Assembly: GCA_902584685.1 (NCBI GenBank)
Contig: CACIAP010000003.1
Coordinates: 18,311-82,310 of the forward strand
Direction: 5' to 3'
Origin: an uncultured Pelagibacteraceae bacterium
Lineage (GTDB): Bacteria > Pseudomonadota > Alphaproteobacteria > Pelagibacterales > Pelagibacteraceae
DNA length: 64,000 nucleotides
A program made the position numbers and the translations under genes. Below are positions 48,342-58,907 of this stretch, piece after piece; within the stretch, counting starts at the first letter, position 1; every line of letters starts with the position of its first letter. Under the pieces are notes generated by a model. That model saw nothing but the letters and a program-made list of their open reading frames with translations. It was not told the DNA's origin and ran no database searches.

Positions 48342-48645
48342 ATTTTTTTTTTTAATAATTTTGCTATTTATTATTACATCATGCCAGAATGTAAAAGACG
48401 CTTTGCAGGGAAAAAAATACGAAAGTAGTGATGAGTTTCTTGTAATTAAAAAAAATCCTTTAATCCTTCCACCAAGTTTTAACGATTTACCTACACCAAA
48501 GGATGTTAGTGATACTACCCAAATCGAGAATATTGAAGATGAAATTGAAGATCTCTTAAGCTCAATCAAAGACGATGGAGAAGTCTTAGAGTCATCTTCC
48601 TCTAGCGACACAGAGAGTTTTGTTTTAGATAAAATTAAGGATTAA
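48334..48645 (+). CDS. DUF3035-like lipoprotein
   Basis: Lipobox ITSC and DEFLV....PLILPP.F..LP.P; follows lspA. Confidence 0.75.
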   Translation: MNKFFFLIILLFIITSCQNVKDALQGKKYESSDEFLVIKKNPLILPPSFNDLPTPKDVSDTTQIENIEDEIEDLLSSIKDDGEVLESSSSSDTESFVLDKIKD

Positions 48646-49805
48646 TGTTTTCTAAAAAAATAAAGATCAGTTGCTTTGATTTCAAAAAAAAAAATAGCGA
48701 AAAAATAAAAAGACTTTTTTCAGAAATTTTACAAAAAAAGGATCCTTCATATAAAGTAATTGATACTTTTTCAAATAGGTATCGGTATTCCTATGATAAA
48801 AAAAAAATCGCCAGGCTTAGAAAATATAAATCAATAAGTGTTTTTGGTTTAGGTGGCTCATCCTTATGTATAAAAGCTATTTATGATTTTCTTAAATTAA
48901 AGATTAGAAAAAAAGTTTATTTTTACGACAACTTAGATGTGGCAGTTCCAAAAACTGTTAAAAAAAAAAATCTTGATATTATTATCTCAAAGTCAGGCTC
49001 GACACTTGAAACAATTATAAATCAGAATATCTTTTCTAATAGCAAAAAAGTATTCATAACAGAAAATAAAAGAAGCTATTTGAGGGATTTGGCTTTAAAA
49101 TTAAAATCAGATATTATTGAACATCGAAACTTTGTTGGGGGAAGATATTCAGCTTTATCTGAAGTTGGAATGTTGCCTGCTGAACTTTTGGGGTTAAAAA
49201 GTGAAAAGTTTAAAAAATTTGACAATCTGATTAAAAATAAAAACTTTAAAAGCACCTTAATAAATAACGTTGATATGATGTATAAATTTTATTCATCAGG
49301 AAAAACTAATTCCGTAATACTTAATTTTGATAAAAGCTTGATAAGTCTAATTGAATGGTATCAACAATTATTATCAGAGAGTTTAGGTAAAAAAGGAAAG
49401 GGTTTTTTTCCAATCATTTCAAATTTACCCAAAGATAATCATAGCTTAATGCAGCTGTATTTAGATGGAAATAAAAACAATTTTTTTACAATCTTTGATG
49501 CTATTGATCAAAAGGGACCAAAAATTAAGAATAAAAATTTGTTCTCAGGTTATAACTTTTTAAAAAATAAAAGTGTAAAATCAGTAATGATTGCGCAGAA
49601 GCATGCAGTAAAAAGGGTTTTTAAAAAGCAAGGTCTGAAGTTTAGAAACTTTGAAATATTGAATAAAGATGAGGAAAGTTTGGGAATAATTTTTACTTAT
49701 TTCATGTTAGAAACAATATTATTAGGTAAGTTAATGAAATTAAATCCTTTTAATCAGCCAGCAGTAGAATCAATTAAAAAGGAAACAAAAAGAATACTTA
49801 GTTAG
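48645..49805 (+). CDS. pgi: Glucose-6-phosphate isomerase (short form)
   Basis: GLGGSSL, ISKSGST.ET, GGRYS, QQLLSESLGK, DNHS, NPFNQPAVE..K. Confidence 0.88.
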   Translation: MFSKKIKISCFDFKKKNSEKIKRLFSEILQKKDPSYKVIDTFSNRYRYSYDKKKIARLRKYKSISVFGLGGSSLCIKAIYDFLKLKIRKKVYFYDNLDVAVPKTVKKKNLDIIISKSGSTLETIINQNIFSNSKKVFITENKRSYLRDLALKLKSDIIEHRNFVGGRYSALSEVGMLPAELLGLKSEKFKKFDNLIKNKNFKSTLINNVDMMYKFYSSGKTNSVILNFDKSLISLIEWYQQLLSESLGKKGKGFFPIISNLPKDNHSLMQLYLDGNKNNFFTIFDAIDQKGPKIKNKNLFSGYNFLKNKSVKSVMIAQKHAVKRVFKKQGLKFRNFEILNKDEESLGIIFTYFMLETILLGKLMKLNPFNQPAVESIKKETKRILS

Positions 49806-50367
49806 ATTTTTTCCCAAATACAAAGGTTGATAAACCATAACTCTTTGTATCAATCACTTTGAATTTTTTTGGATAGTTATCTGAGTCTCCTTTTTTTCTG
49901 TGAATAATAATAATACCATTTTTCTCTAAGATATCCATTTCAATAATTTTTTTTATTAATATTTCAATTTTTTTTTCTTTGTAAGGTGGATCACAAAAAA
50001 TTATTTGAAATTTTTGATCGATACTAAAAGTATTTTCATTTATTTTAAATGCATCAATGTTTATTACTTTTGATTTATTCTCATATTTTAGATTCACAAT
50101 ATTATTTCTTAAAATTTTTAAAACTGGAGGATAATTTTCAAGAAAAAATACAAATTTTGAACCTCTAGATATACACTCTAACCCAAACGATCCAATTCCT
50201 GAAAATAAATCTAAAACTTTACTATCTTTGAGATGAAAATTAATATAGTCGGCGTGAGCCAAAATATTAAAAATAGACTCTTTAGCCATATCTTTTAAAG
50301 GCCTAGTTGTTTTATCTTTGGGCATAATTAGTTTTTTACCTTTATTCGAACCTGAAATTATTCTCAT
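49798..50367 (-). CDS. rsmD: 16S rRNA m2G966 methyltransferase RsmD
   Basis: MRIISG, TRP, KESIFN, LDLFSGIGSFGLE..SRG, DPPY. Confidence 0.93.
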   Translation of the reverse strand: MRIISGSNKGKKLIMPKDKTTRPLKDMAKESIFNILAHADYINFHLKDSKVLDLFSGIGSFGLECISRGSKFVFFLENYPPVLKILRNNIVNLKYENKSKVINIDAFKINENTFSIDQKFQIIFCDPPYKEKKIEILIKKIIEMDILEKNGIIIIHRKKGDSDNYPKKFKVIDTKSYGLSTFVFGKKSN

Positions 50368-51629
50368 ATTTTAATTACTTTATGACCAATATCTTCTCTA
50401 TAGTAGCCATTCTTCCAATTTAATTTTTTAATCAAATTAATTGCTTCATCTCTACTTTTTAAAAAATCTTCTGAAATTGAGACAAAGTTTAATACTCTTC
50501 CACCGTTAGAAACTATACCAGTCTTTGTTTTAAATGTGCCAGCATGAAAAATATTTTGGTTTTCAAGTAGCTCTAGTTGCTCCAAATTTTTAATTTCAAT
50601 ATTATTCTCAAATTTTTCTGGATAACCTTTGGAGCACAAAACAACACAAATACTTTTAAACTTAGAAAAATCTATCTTTGATTGATTTAATGTGCCGTCA
50701 CAGCATGATATTAATATATCCATTAAATCAGTTTTTAGAGTAGGCAAGATTGTTTGACACTCAGGATCTCCCATTCTCACATTAAATTCTATTAAAAAGG
50801 GTTCACCATCCTTAATCATCAGGCCGACATATAGAAAACCTTTGTAGACACCGCCATGTTCATTAATTGCTTTTAAAGTGGGCTCAATTATTTTTGTTTT
50901 TATTTTTAATTCTAAATGATCATTTAGAAGTCTTGATGGTGAATAACAACCCATACCTCCAGTATTTTTACCTGTATCACCTTCACCAACTCTTTTATGA
51001 TCTTGAGCTGAACCAAAAAATTTATAGTTTTTTCCATCCGTAACTATAAAATAACTCATTTCCTCGCCGTCTAAAAATTCTTCAACTAAAATTTGTTTAG
51101 CAACTCCAAATTTTCCATTGAAAATTTCTTCAGAAGCTATTTTTGCATCATTAAAATTTTTACATATATAAACTCCTTTTCCTGACGCCAATCCGTCAGC
51201 CTTAATAACTAGAGGAAAATAACTGTTCTTTAAATAATCTATGGTTTCATTTAAACTTTCACAAATTTTAAACTTTGATGTAGGAATATTATTTTTTTGA
51301 CAAATTTTTTTAGTAAAGATTTTTGAACCTTCAAGTTTTGAGGAAATCTTATCCGGACCAAACACTCTTATCGATTTACCCTTAAAATGATTAACAATTC
51401 CATTTACTAATGGTTTTTCTGGTCCAACAACTAACATTTTTATATCTTTTTTTAAGCAGTATCTTTCTAGTTCAGAGAAGTTATCAGGATCTAAATTGAC
51501 ATTTTGGGCAATTAGGCTTGTGCCCGCGTTACCTGGAAAACAAAAAATTCCAGACACTTTTTTTGATTTATCAAGCATATAACAAATTGCATGTTCCCTT
51601 CCACCACTTCCAATAATTCCTACATTCAT
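50364..51629 (-). CDS. purD: Phosphoribosylamine--glycine ligase
   Basis: GSGGREHA, GPE.PL, KADGLASGKGV, QDHKR, NTGGMG, EFNVRMGDPE, GGRVL. Confidence 0.97.
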   Translation of the reverse strand: MNVGIIGSGGREHAICYMLDKSKKVSGIFCFPGNAGTSLIAQNVNLDPDNFSELERYCLKKDIKMLVVGPEKPLVNGIVNHFKGKSIRVFGPDKISSKLEGSKIFTKKICQKNNIPTSKFKICESLNETIDYLKNSYFPLVIKADGLASGKGVYICKNFNDAKIASEEIFNGKFGVAKQILVEEFLDGEEMSYFIVTDGKNYKFFGSAQDHKRVGEGDTGKNTGGMGCYSPSRLLNDHLELKIKTKIIEPTLKAINEHGGVYKGFLYVGLMIKDGEPFLIEFNVRMGDPECQTILPTLKTDLMDILISCCDGTLNQSKIDFSKFKSICVVLCSKGYPEKFENNIEIKNLEQLELLENQNIFHAGTFKTKTGIVSNGGRVLNFVSISEDFLKSRDEAINLIKKLNWKNGYYREDIGHKVIKI

Positions 51630-51653
51630 CTATAGTGATCTTATAACTTAAAA

Positions 51654-51848
51654 ATGAAAAATAAATTAGCTAAATTAAAATACTTGCCAAATAAATTCGA
51701 AGTAATTGAGCCGGGTGACCATGTTATTTGCGCAGTATCTAAGCAGAAAATATATCTACAAAATTTAAATTACTGGAATGTAGAACTTCAAGAAGCATAT
51801 TTCTCTTATAAAGAAGCTCAATTAAAAAGAGAAGAGAAAAATAAATAA
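51654..51848 (+). CDS. DUF2093-like small protein
   Basis: A.L.Y....F.VI.PG..V.CAV....I.L..L.YWNVELQEAY; next to lipid A genes. Confidence 0.78.
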   Translation: MKNKLAKLKYLPNKFEVIEPGDHVICAVSKQKIYLQNLNYWNVELQEAYFSYKEAQLKREEKNK

Positions 51849-51852
51849 TGAG

Positions 51853-52710
51853 CTATTTCCATCTATCATGTGTCCATATCCACTGAGAAGGATTTTTTCT
51901 AATTTTATTCTCCAACCATTGATTGAGTTTAAGACTTATCGAAGCATTGTCCGCGTTCTCCCCAAAGATTAGTTGTTCATCAAAAGAGATCTTAAATTTA
52001 ATTTTGTCATATCTTTCAATATGAACTGGTTGAATTTTACATCCAAATTTTTTAACAAATTGTGCAGGAATAGTTGTTGTGTAAGCTGGATGACTAAAAA
52101 AATTTATCTTTTCACCCTCACTCACTCTTTGATCTATCATAATTGCAATACTTACTCCTTGCTTAAAGAACCTTAAAGATTCTCTAACTCCATTAATCCC
52201 TTTCTTAATTTGATTTTTACAAATATATTTTTTACGAAGAGGCTCCATAATTGAATTAACCATTCTATTGTTTAAGGGTCTATAAATTGCAGACAAACTT
52301 ACTCCTGCTTTTTCAATAGCCATAGCCATTAACTCAAAATTACTGAAGTGAGCTGAAACGAATACAACTGGTTGACTTTTTTTTATTTCTTCTAATTTTT
52401 CTTTATTCTCAATTTTGATATATTTATCTAAATCACCTTTTCTAAAACTGGAAATAAAGGGGTATTCAGCTAGTATCCTTCCATAATTTTCCCACATCTC
52501 TCTTGAAATACTTGCTACTCTTTCTGAAGTTAAAGAATTATCAAATTTAATTAAATTATTTTTAATTATTTTTTTTGATCTGAACAACGGCCCAAATGTT
52601 TTTCCAAGAAAGCAACCAATTTCTGATGCAATTCTATATCCTAATAATCTTAATAAACCAAAAAAAATTATAATGAAAACATATTCAAAGAAATATCTTA
52701 TTAACTTCAT
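51853..52710 (-). CDS. Lipid A late acyltransferase (LpxL/HtrB family)
   Basis: SAHFSNFE, YRPLNN, DQ, NPSQWIWTHDRWK. Confidence 0.9.
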   Translation of the reverse strand: MKLIRYFFEYVFIIIFFGLLRLLGYRIASEIGCFLGKTFGPLFRSKKIIKNNLIKFDNSLTSERVASISREMWENYGRILAEYPFISSFRKGDLDKYIKIENKEKLEEIKKSQPVVFVSAHFSNFELMAMAIEKAGVSLSAIYRPLNNRMVNSIMEPLRKKYICKNQIKKGINGVRESLRFFKQGVSIAIMIDQRVSEGEKINFFSHPAYTTTIPAQFVKKFGCKIQPVHIERYDKIKFKISFDEQLIFGENADNASISLKLNQWLENKIRKNPSQWIWTHDRWK

Positions 52711-53645
52711 AACCTCTCATTTAAATATTTATAAAACTGTTTTTTTTTATCAACTGACAATTCAATTTTTAAAAAATTTATTTTTTTTCGAAAAGATTTT
52801 TTTAATCTAAAATAATCTTTCTCTGTCGTTAATAACTCGCAATTTTTAATTTTCGCTAAATGCCTTAATTTCTTTAAATCTGTCTCTTTGTAATCATAAT
52901 GGTCTGGAAATTTTTCATACCCATTAAATTTAATTTTTAAATTTTTAAGAGTATCAGAAAAGGTATGAGGATTTCCTATACCACTGAATATAATAAATTT
53001 TTTTTTTTTTAACTTAGAATAATTTTTGGGTATATATTTACCTGTAAAAATTTTTATATTTGGATTTATTTTTTTAATTTTATTAATAAAGTTTTTAGAT
53101 TCTTTATTAGAATCTCCATTGATAAGAACAACATCATAATTTTTGATGCTATCTAATTTTTCTCTCAAAGGTCCAGCAGGAATTATTAGTCCATTCCCAT
53201 CTAACTTTAGAGAGTTAAAACATACTATTTTTAAATCGTAATTAATTTTTTTTTCTTGTAGACCATCATCAAATATCAACATTTCCGCTTTTTCATTCTC
53301 AGCTTTAGAAATAGATAATTCTCTAGTTTTTTCAAAAATTACTTTATGTTTTGACTCTAAAAGTCTCATCTCATCCAAATGTGAGATATAATTTTTTTTA
53401 ATTATATAAGTCTTAAATCTTTTTTTAAAATAACTTGCTAGATTAATTACAAGAGGAGTTTTCCCAGTGCCACCGATATAAATATTTCCAACACAAATTG
53501 TCTTAAAATCGTAAAAATTCTTTTTAATCTTATTATTTTCGTAATAGTTTTTAATGATACCAATTAGTGAGAATGGCAATAACAACACTGAAATAAAACT
53601 AATATGATCTCTTTTATCCCAAAATTTTGGTTTATAAAATTTCAT
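52707..53645 (-). CDS. lpxK: Tetraacyldisaccharide 4'-kinase
   Basis: CVGNIYIGGTGKTP, DDGLQ, PAGPLRE, GIGNP, FPDHY, TTEKD. Confidence 0.93.
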   Translation of the reverse strand: MKFYKPKFWDKRDHISFISVLLLPFSLIGIIKNYYENNKIKKNFYDFKTICVGNIYIGGTGKTPLVINLASYFKKRFKTYIIKKNYISHLDEMRLLESKHKVIFEKTRELSISKAENEKAEMLIFDDGLQEKKINYDLKIVCFNSLKLDGNGLIIPAGPLREKLDSIKNYDVVLINGDSNKESKNFINKIKKINPNIKIFTGKYIPKNYSKLKKKKFIIFSGIGNPHTFSDTLKNLKIKFNGYEKFPDHYDYKETDLKKLRHLAKIKNCELLTTEKDYFRLKKSFRKKINFLKIELSVDKKKQFYKYLNERL

Positions 53646-54883
53646 TAAATAATTTTTCCCAATTCATTTAAATTTTTCTTTAAAATTAAATCTCCAATTC
53701 TTTTAAGTTTTTTAATTTTGTTTAAGTTATTTTTATTATCATTTAAGAGATTTAATGCTTTTTTTTCTAAATCTTTACTGTTATTTACTTTTAGAGATAA
53801 CTTTTCTTTTTCTAACATTTTATAAATATCTTTAAAATTAAAAGTGTAATTTCCGTGTAAAATATTACAACCAAACTTTAGGGCTTCTAGGGGATTTTGT
53901 CCTCCTTTTGAAACCAAAGACCCACCCAAAAAAACAACATCGCTTATTTTATAAAATGATTTACTTTCTCCATAACTATCAACTATATAAATATCATAGT
54001 TCTTATAATTTTTAATATTTTCACTATGTTTTATATATTTTAATTTTTTTTTATCTAACATTTGAGTGATTTCGTTTGTTCGCTCTATGTGTCTTGGAAT
54101 AATGATTGTTATCAAATTAGGAATTTTTTTTTTATATTTCATATGTAAATTTGCGAAAATTTCTTCTTCGTTGTGATGAGTGCTTGCTGAGCACAAAACT
54201 TTTTTGTTTTTGAAATGTTTTTTATTAATTTCTTTTAATTTATCATTATGTGAATTGATAAACTTAAGATTTCCCAAAAATTTTATTTTTTTTATACCTA
54301 ATTTCTTGAAGTATAAGAAGGTTTCTTTGTTTTGAGGAAATATATAATCAAATTTTTCTAGAATAATTTTTCCGAAATACCTTATTGCAAACCATCTTCT
54401 GAATGATTTTTCACTCATTCTAGCGTTAATTAATAAAATTTTGATTTTTCTTTTATTTAATTCGGAGATCATCGTTGGCCAAATTTCAGACTCTACAAAA
54501 AAAACAGATGAGGGCTTCCAATAATTTAAAAAATTATTAACTATATGAATATTATCCAAAGGATAAAATTGATGTGAAGTTTTTTTAAATCTAAATTTTC
54601 CAAATATCTTTGATGAACTTAACGTTGAGGTTGTAACTAAAATTTGTTTTATACTTTTTGTTTTTTCAAATTCTTTAATTAATGGAACAATACTTAAAAG
54701 TTCACCTACGCTTGAGCAGTGGAACCAAATTAATTTACCTTTTTTTCTTTTTTTTTTATTTATGGAAAATTTTTCTAAAAATCTTTCGGGATTTTCTTTT
54801 TTTTTTATTATTCTATAAATAAGTATTAATGGAGATAATATGATAACGATATATACCAAAAAATTATAGATTATTCTCATCAA
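53645..54883 (-). CDS. waaA: Kdo transferase
   Basis: IWFHCSSVGE, ESEIWP, NARMS..SF, GNLK, PRH.ER, GGSL...GGQNPLE. Confidence 0.93.
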   Translation of the reverse strand: MMRIIYNFLVYIVIILSPLILIYRIIKKKENPERFLEKFSINKKKRKKGKLIWFHCSSVGELLSIVPLIKEFEKTKSIKQILVTTSTLSSSKIFGKFRFKKTSHQFYPLDNIHIVNNFLNYWKPSSVFFVESEIWPTMISELNKRKIKILLINARMSEKSFRRWFAIRYFGKIILEKFDYIFPQNKETFLYFKKLGIKKIKFLGNLKFINSHNDKLKEINKKHFKNKKVLCSASTHHNEEEIFANLHMKYKKKIPNLITIIIPRHIERTNEITQMLDKKKLKYIKHSENIKNYKNYDIYIVDSYGESKSFYKISDVVFLGGSLVSKGGQNPLEALKFGCNILHGNYTFNFKDIYKMLEKEKLSLKVNNSKDLEKKALNLLNDNKNNLNKIKKLKRIGDLILKKNLNELGKII

Positions 54884-56619
54884 TGTTTTTGGATTTGTTT
54901 TTCATAAAAATTTTTATAAATTTCAGAATTTTTTAATAGCTCGTCGTGCTTACCTTCCCCTGTTATTTTGCCATTATCAATAACATAAATCTTATCTGAA
55001 TTTAAAATAGTTGAGAGCCTGTGGGCGATTACTAAAGTGGTTCTTCCTTTAGTTAAGTAATTAATTGCGTCTTGTATTTTCTGCTCTGTCTCTGCATCCA
55101 AAGAGGACGTTGCCTCATCTAATAAAATAATTTTACTTTTTTTTAGGATTGCTCTTGCTATAGAAATTCGTTGTTTTTCACCACCTGATAATCTAATCCC
55201 ATTTTCTCCTATTAAAGTATTATATTTTTTAGGAAGCATTTCTATAAATTCTTCCGAATGAGATAGTTTTGCCGCCTCTTTAATTTGTTCATCAGTTGCA
55301 TCTAAATTTGCATATTTAATGTTGTTTAATACTGTGTCGTCAAAAAGAGTGGTCTCTTGACTTACAAGAGAAATATTATTTCTTAGAGATGATAATCTTC
55401 TAGAGTAAATTGATTGATTATCAATTTTTATGTCACCACTTTGTGGTTCATAGAACCTCGGTATTAAATTAAGAATAGTAGATTTCCCTGCACCACTATG
55501 TCCAACAAGAGATGTCATTTCCCCCCCTGATATTATTAAATTTATATCTTGAAGGACAACTCTATCTTCTTCATTGTAAGTGAAGTTTATTTTATTAAAT
55601 TCAATATTTCCTTTATTTAGATTTATTTTATCTAATTTAGGATCCTCAGAGATTTTTTCTCTAAGATCAATTATTGGTAATATTCTTCTCGCGCCAGCTA
55701 AACCTTGGTTAATTGTTAAATTGAGAGTAGCGAGCGATCTCACTGGTTGGTATGCCAACATCATAGCAGCTAAAAATGAAAAAAAATTTCCAATACCTAA
55801 CTCATCTTTCACTATAAGATTACCAGAATAGAAAATTAGTATTGCAATCATAATACCAGTTAAAACTTCCATTATTGGAGATGATCTCGCATAAATTTCG
55901 TTCAACTTTTTCCCTTTGTTCATAAGCACTTTCAAAGCTCCATCAGCTCTTGCCGTTTCATACGACTCTTTTTGAAATATTTTGATCAATTTATGATTTT
56001 TAAAAATTTCTATTAAATATGTATTAACCAAGCCCGTCTGATCCATGGTTTGTGTCGTAATTTTTGTAATTCTTTTACCTAATAGGTTTGCAAAAAAACT
56101 TGCCAATGGGATCATTATAATTGCGATCAAGGATAATTTCCAATTTTGATAAAACATTACTGACATAAGACCAATTAAAGTAAGAGTATCTTTAAACAAA
56201 TTTAATATTGCTACACTCACTAATCCTGTCATAAAATTCACATCATTTATTAGGTTAGTTATTATTTTTCCTGAGTGTTTTTTTTCTATAAAATGAGTGT
56301 CAGCTTTTATTAATGCCTTCATCATGTCCATCTGCAAAGCTTTTCTAATTTCTTCAGAAATTCTTATCATTATTACTTTTGTTCCATAAAGCGATAACCC
56401 CTTTGCGCTGAATGCAATGACTATTAAAAAGGGAATTATAAGAATTAGAGTAGTATCTTTATTTAAGAAAATCTTCTCTATTGCGGGATCAAGTAAATAA
56501 GCAACAGATGAAGTGCTTCCGGCAAGTACTATTGCAAATATTAATGCCAAAAACATTTTATTCAAATATTTTTTTGTATAGTCTCTATACAACCTTTTTA
56601 ATATTTCAGAATTTTTCAT
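54880..56619 (-). CDS. msbA: Lipid A export ABC transporter MsbA
   Basis: TM domain fused to NBD (GHSGAGKST, LSGGEKQR, LDEATSSLD, IAHRLST); adjacent to waaA and lpxK. Confidence 0.85.
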   Translation of the reverse strand: MKNSEILKRLYRDYTKKYLNKMFLALIFAIVLAGSTSSVAYLLDPAIEKIFLNKDTTLILIIPFLIVIAFSAKGLSLYGTKVIMIRISEEIRKALQMDMMKALIKADTHFIEKKHSGKIITNLINDVNFMTGLVSVAILNLFKDTLTLIGLMSVMFYQNWKLSLIAIIMIPLASFFANLLGKRITKITTQTMDQTGLVNTYLIEIFKNHKLIKIFQKESYETARADGALKVLMNKGKKLNEIYARSSPIMEVLTGIMIAILIFYSGNLIVKDELGIGNFFSFLAAMMLAYQPVRSLATLNLTINQGLAGARRILPIIDLREKISEDPKLDKINLNKGNIEFNKINFTYNEEDRVVLQDINLIISGGEMTSLVGHSGAGKSTILNLIPRFYEPQSGDIKIDNQSIYSRRLSSLRNNISLVSQETTLFDDTVLNNIKYANLDATDEQIKEAAKLSHSEEFIEMLPKKYNTLIGENGIRLSGGEKQRISIARAILKKSKIILLDEATSSLDAETEQKIQDAINYLTKGRTTLVIAHRLSTILNSDKIYVIDNGKITGEGKHDELLKNSEIYKNFYEKQIQKH

Positions 56620-57485
56620 TAATAATACCCACCTATTAAAATATTTAAAAATATAATGAATCCTAAAAAATTGTTACTTTTAAATACTTTTAAACACATT
56701 TGAGGTTCTGAAATATTTAAATTTTTTACTTGAAAAGCTATAAGATGTAAAAAAATTAAGGTTGAAAATACAAAATAAAAAAAACTATATGACATTAATA
56801 CTCCTATTGAAATAATAGACATATAAAAAATTAGATAACATGGAAATAGAAATAATTTTGGATTTTTTTTAAATTTAATTGATGTTGATTTAACTCCTAT
56901 AATTTCATCATCTTTAATATCTTGAAACCCGTATATTGTGTCGTAACCGAGTGTCCAAAATATGGCCCCTAAATAAAAAATTAAAGGATAGAGGCTAAAT
57001 TCATTGGTTAAAGAAACCCATGCCATCACCAAACCATAATTAAATGTGAGACCTAAAAATAGTTGAGGCCAGTAAGTGAATCTTTTCATTAAAGGATATG
57101 AAAATGCAAAAGGCATTGAGGCTAATCCCAAAAAAATTGTTTTTTGATTAAATTGAATTAAGATTAAGAAAGCTAGCGAACATAATAAAAAAACGTAAAT
57201 TAAACCTAACTGAACTGAAATTTTTCCAGACGCAATCGGTCTATCTTTTGTCCTTTCGACCATACCGTCAATTTTTCTGTCCAAAATATCGTTAACAATA
57301 CATCCCGCAGATCTCATTAATACCGCCCCACAAAAAAATAAAATACAGTGTTTAAAGTAGATATAATTATTATTAGAAAATTGATGTGCTAGAGTTAGTC
57401 CCCACAGACATGGCCAGAACAAGAGCATAAATCCAATAGGTTTTTTAAGTCTCGTCAATTCTAAAAATAATTCAAAATTTTTCAT
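56619..57485 (-). CDS. ubiA: 4-hydroxybenzoate polyprenyltransferase
   Basis: RLKKPIG..LL.WP, MRSAGCIVNDILDRKID..VERT..RP, YPLMKR, YDTIYGFQD. Start set to the internal ATG at 57485. Confidence 0.93.
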   Translation of the reverse strand: MKNFELFLELTRLKKPIGFMLLFWPCLWGLTLAHQFSNNNYIYFKHCILFFCGAVLMRSAGCIVNDILDRKIDGMVERTKDRPIASGKISVQLGLIYVFLLCSLAFLILIQFNQKTIFLGLASMPFAFSYPLMKRFTYWPQLFLGLTFNYGLVMAWVSLTNEFSLYPLIFYLGAIFWTLGYDTIYGFQDIKDDEIIGVKSTSIKFKKNPKLFLFPCYLIFYMSIISIGVLMSYSFFYFVFSTLIFLHLIAFQVKNLNISEPQMCLKVFKSNNFLGFIIFLNILIGGYY

Positions 57486-57538
57486 GATAATTTTCTTGTA
57501 AATAACAAAGCATCGTTTCATAATCAAACTGATTCGTT

Positions 57539-57946
57539 ATGGATATTGATTACACTGTCACGGCACTAATGTTTCCGGCAATTCCACTAATTATGGGTGT
57601 TTATAGCAATAGATTCCACACGTTAAGTAATTTGATACGAAAAATACATGATGAACATGTTTTCGAAAAACACACCCCACCTGAATGGAAAAATCAATTA
57701 ATAAATTTGAACGATAGGATAGGAGTTTTAAAACTTACAATAATGTTTTCTGCTTTTGGTTTTTTATTCAATATGCTTACTGTGTTTGCTTTATATTTAG
57801 ATAAAATATTAGTGGCTAGAATTATTTTTGGATCCTGTTGTCTATCAATGATGATATCTATTATTTTTTTTATTAGAGAAATTCAAATTTCAACTAAAGC
57901 TCTCAAATTACATATATCTGACATGGATGTGCAATTTAAGGAGTAA
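57539..57946 (+). CDS. DUF2721-like membrane protein
   Basis: ALMFPAI.L...YSNRF..L..LIR and EIQIST.AL; three TM segments. Confidence 0.7.
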   Translation: MDIDYTVTALMFPAIPLIMGVYSNRFHTLSNLIRKIHDEHVFEKHTPPEWKNQLINLNDRIGVLKLTIMFSAFGFLFNMLTVFALYLDKILVARIIFGSCCLSMMISIIFFIREIQISTKALKLHISDMDVQFKE

Positions 57947-58907
57947 TTATTGCAGGCCCTAAAATTTTTCTTCCTTCCAAATCTTGATGGGCAATAGATG
58001 CATCTTTCAAAGCGTATTTCTTAAATATTTCAACTTTCACTGCCCCAGATTTAACCATTTCGAAAAGTTTATTTGAAGCTTCATCTAACTCCTCTCTTGT
58101 GGATGTGTAGTGAGCAATACTAGGTCTTGTTAAATATAATCCTTTTGGCGCTATAAGTTTTCCAACATCTAAAGGATCTAATTTTCCAGATGCATTTCCA
58201 AATGAAACCATTGTTCCACGCATTTTTAAGCATCCTAATGAGTCTTCTAAAGTGTTTTTTCCTACCCCATCATACACTACTGGGAGTCCCACGTTATCTG
58301 TTATTTCTAAAACTTTATCTTTAAAATTCTCTTTGTTATAATTTATTACTTCATCACATCCATATTTTTTTGCTAACTTGATTTTTTCATCTGATCCAAC
58401 TGTCCCTATTACTTTGCAGCCCAAGCTTTTTGCCCATTGACAAAAAATTTGACCAACCCCACCAGCTGCAGCATGGAATAGAACTGTTTGACCTTTTTCA
58501 ACTGGATATGTTTTGTGCAAAAGATAGAATGTTGTTAAACCCTTAGTCATTAGACAAGCTACAATTTCAAGATCTATTCCATCAGGTACTTTTACTAAAC
58601 TTTTTGTTGGATAAATTCTATGTGTTGAATACGAACCTAGAGGTGCAGCCGCGTAAGCTACCTTATCACCCTCCTTGAAATTTTTGACACCCGGCCCAAT
58701 TTTTTCTATAATCCCTGCACCTTCAAGTCCAATACCCGATGGAAGTGGTACAGGATATAATCCTGACCTATGATATGTATCAATGAAGTTTAAGCCTATA
58801 GCAGAATGTTTTATTAAAACTTCATTCTCTTTAGGTTCAGAGATAGATAACTTTTCGTATTTTAAAACTTCAGGACCTCCGGTTTTTGAAAAATTTATAG
58901 AGTACAT
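57936..58907 (-). CDS. qor: NADPH:quinone oxidoreductase (zeta-crystallin family)
   Basis: GGPEVL, GLNFIDTYHRSGLYP, HAAAGGVG, YDGVG, FGNASG. Confidence 0.93.
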   Translation of the reverse strand: MYSINFSKTGGPEVLKYEKLSISEPKENEVLIKHSAIGLNFIDTYHRSGLYPVPLPSGIGLEGAGIIEKIGPGVKNFKEGDKVAYAAAPLGSYSTHRIYPTKSLVKVPDGIDLEIVACLMTKGLTTFYLLHKTYPVEKGQTVLFHAAAGGVGQIFCQWAKSLGCKVIGTVGSDEKIKLAKKYGCDEVINYNKENFKDKVLEITDNVGLPVVYDGVGKNTLEDSLGCLKMRGTMVSFGNASGKLDPLDVGKLIAPKGLYLTRPSIAHYTSTREELDEASNKLFEMVKSGAVKVEIFKKYALKDASIAHQDLEGRKILGPAIITP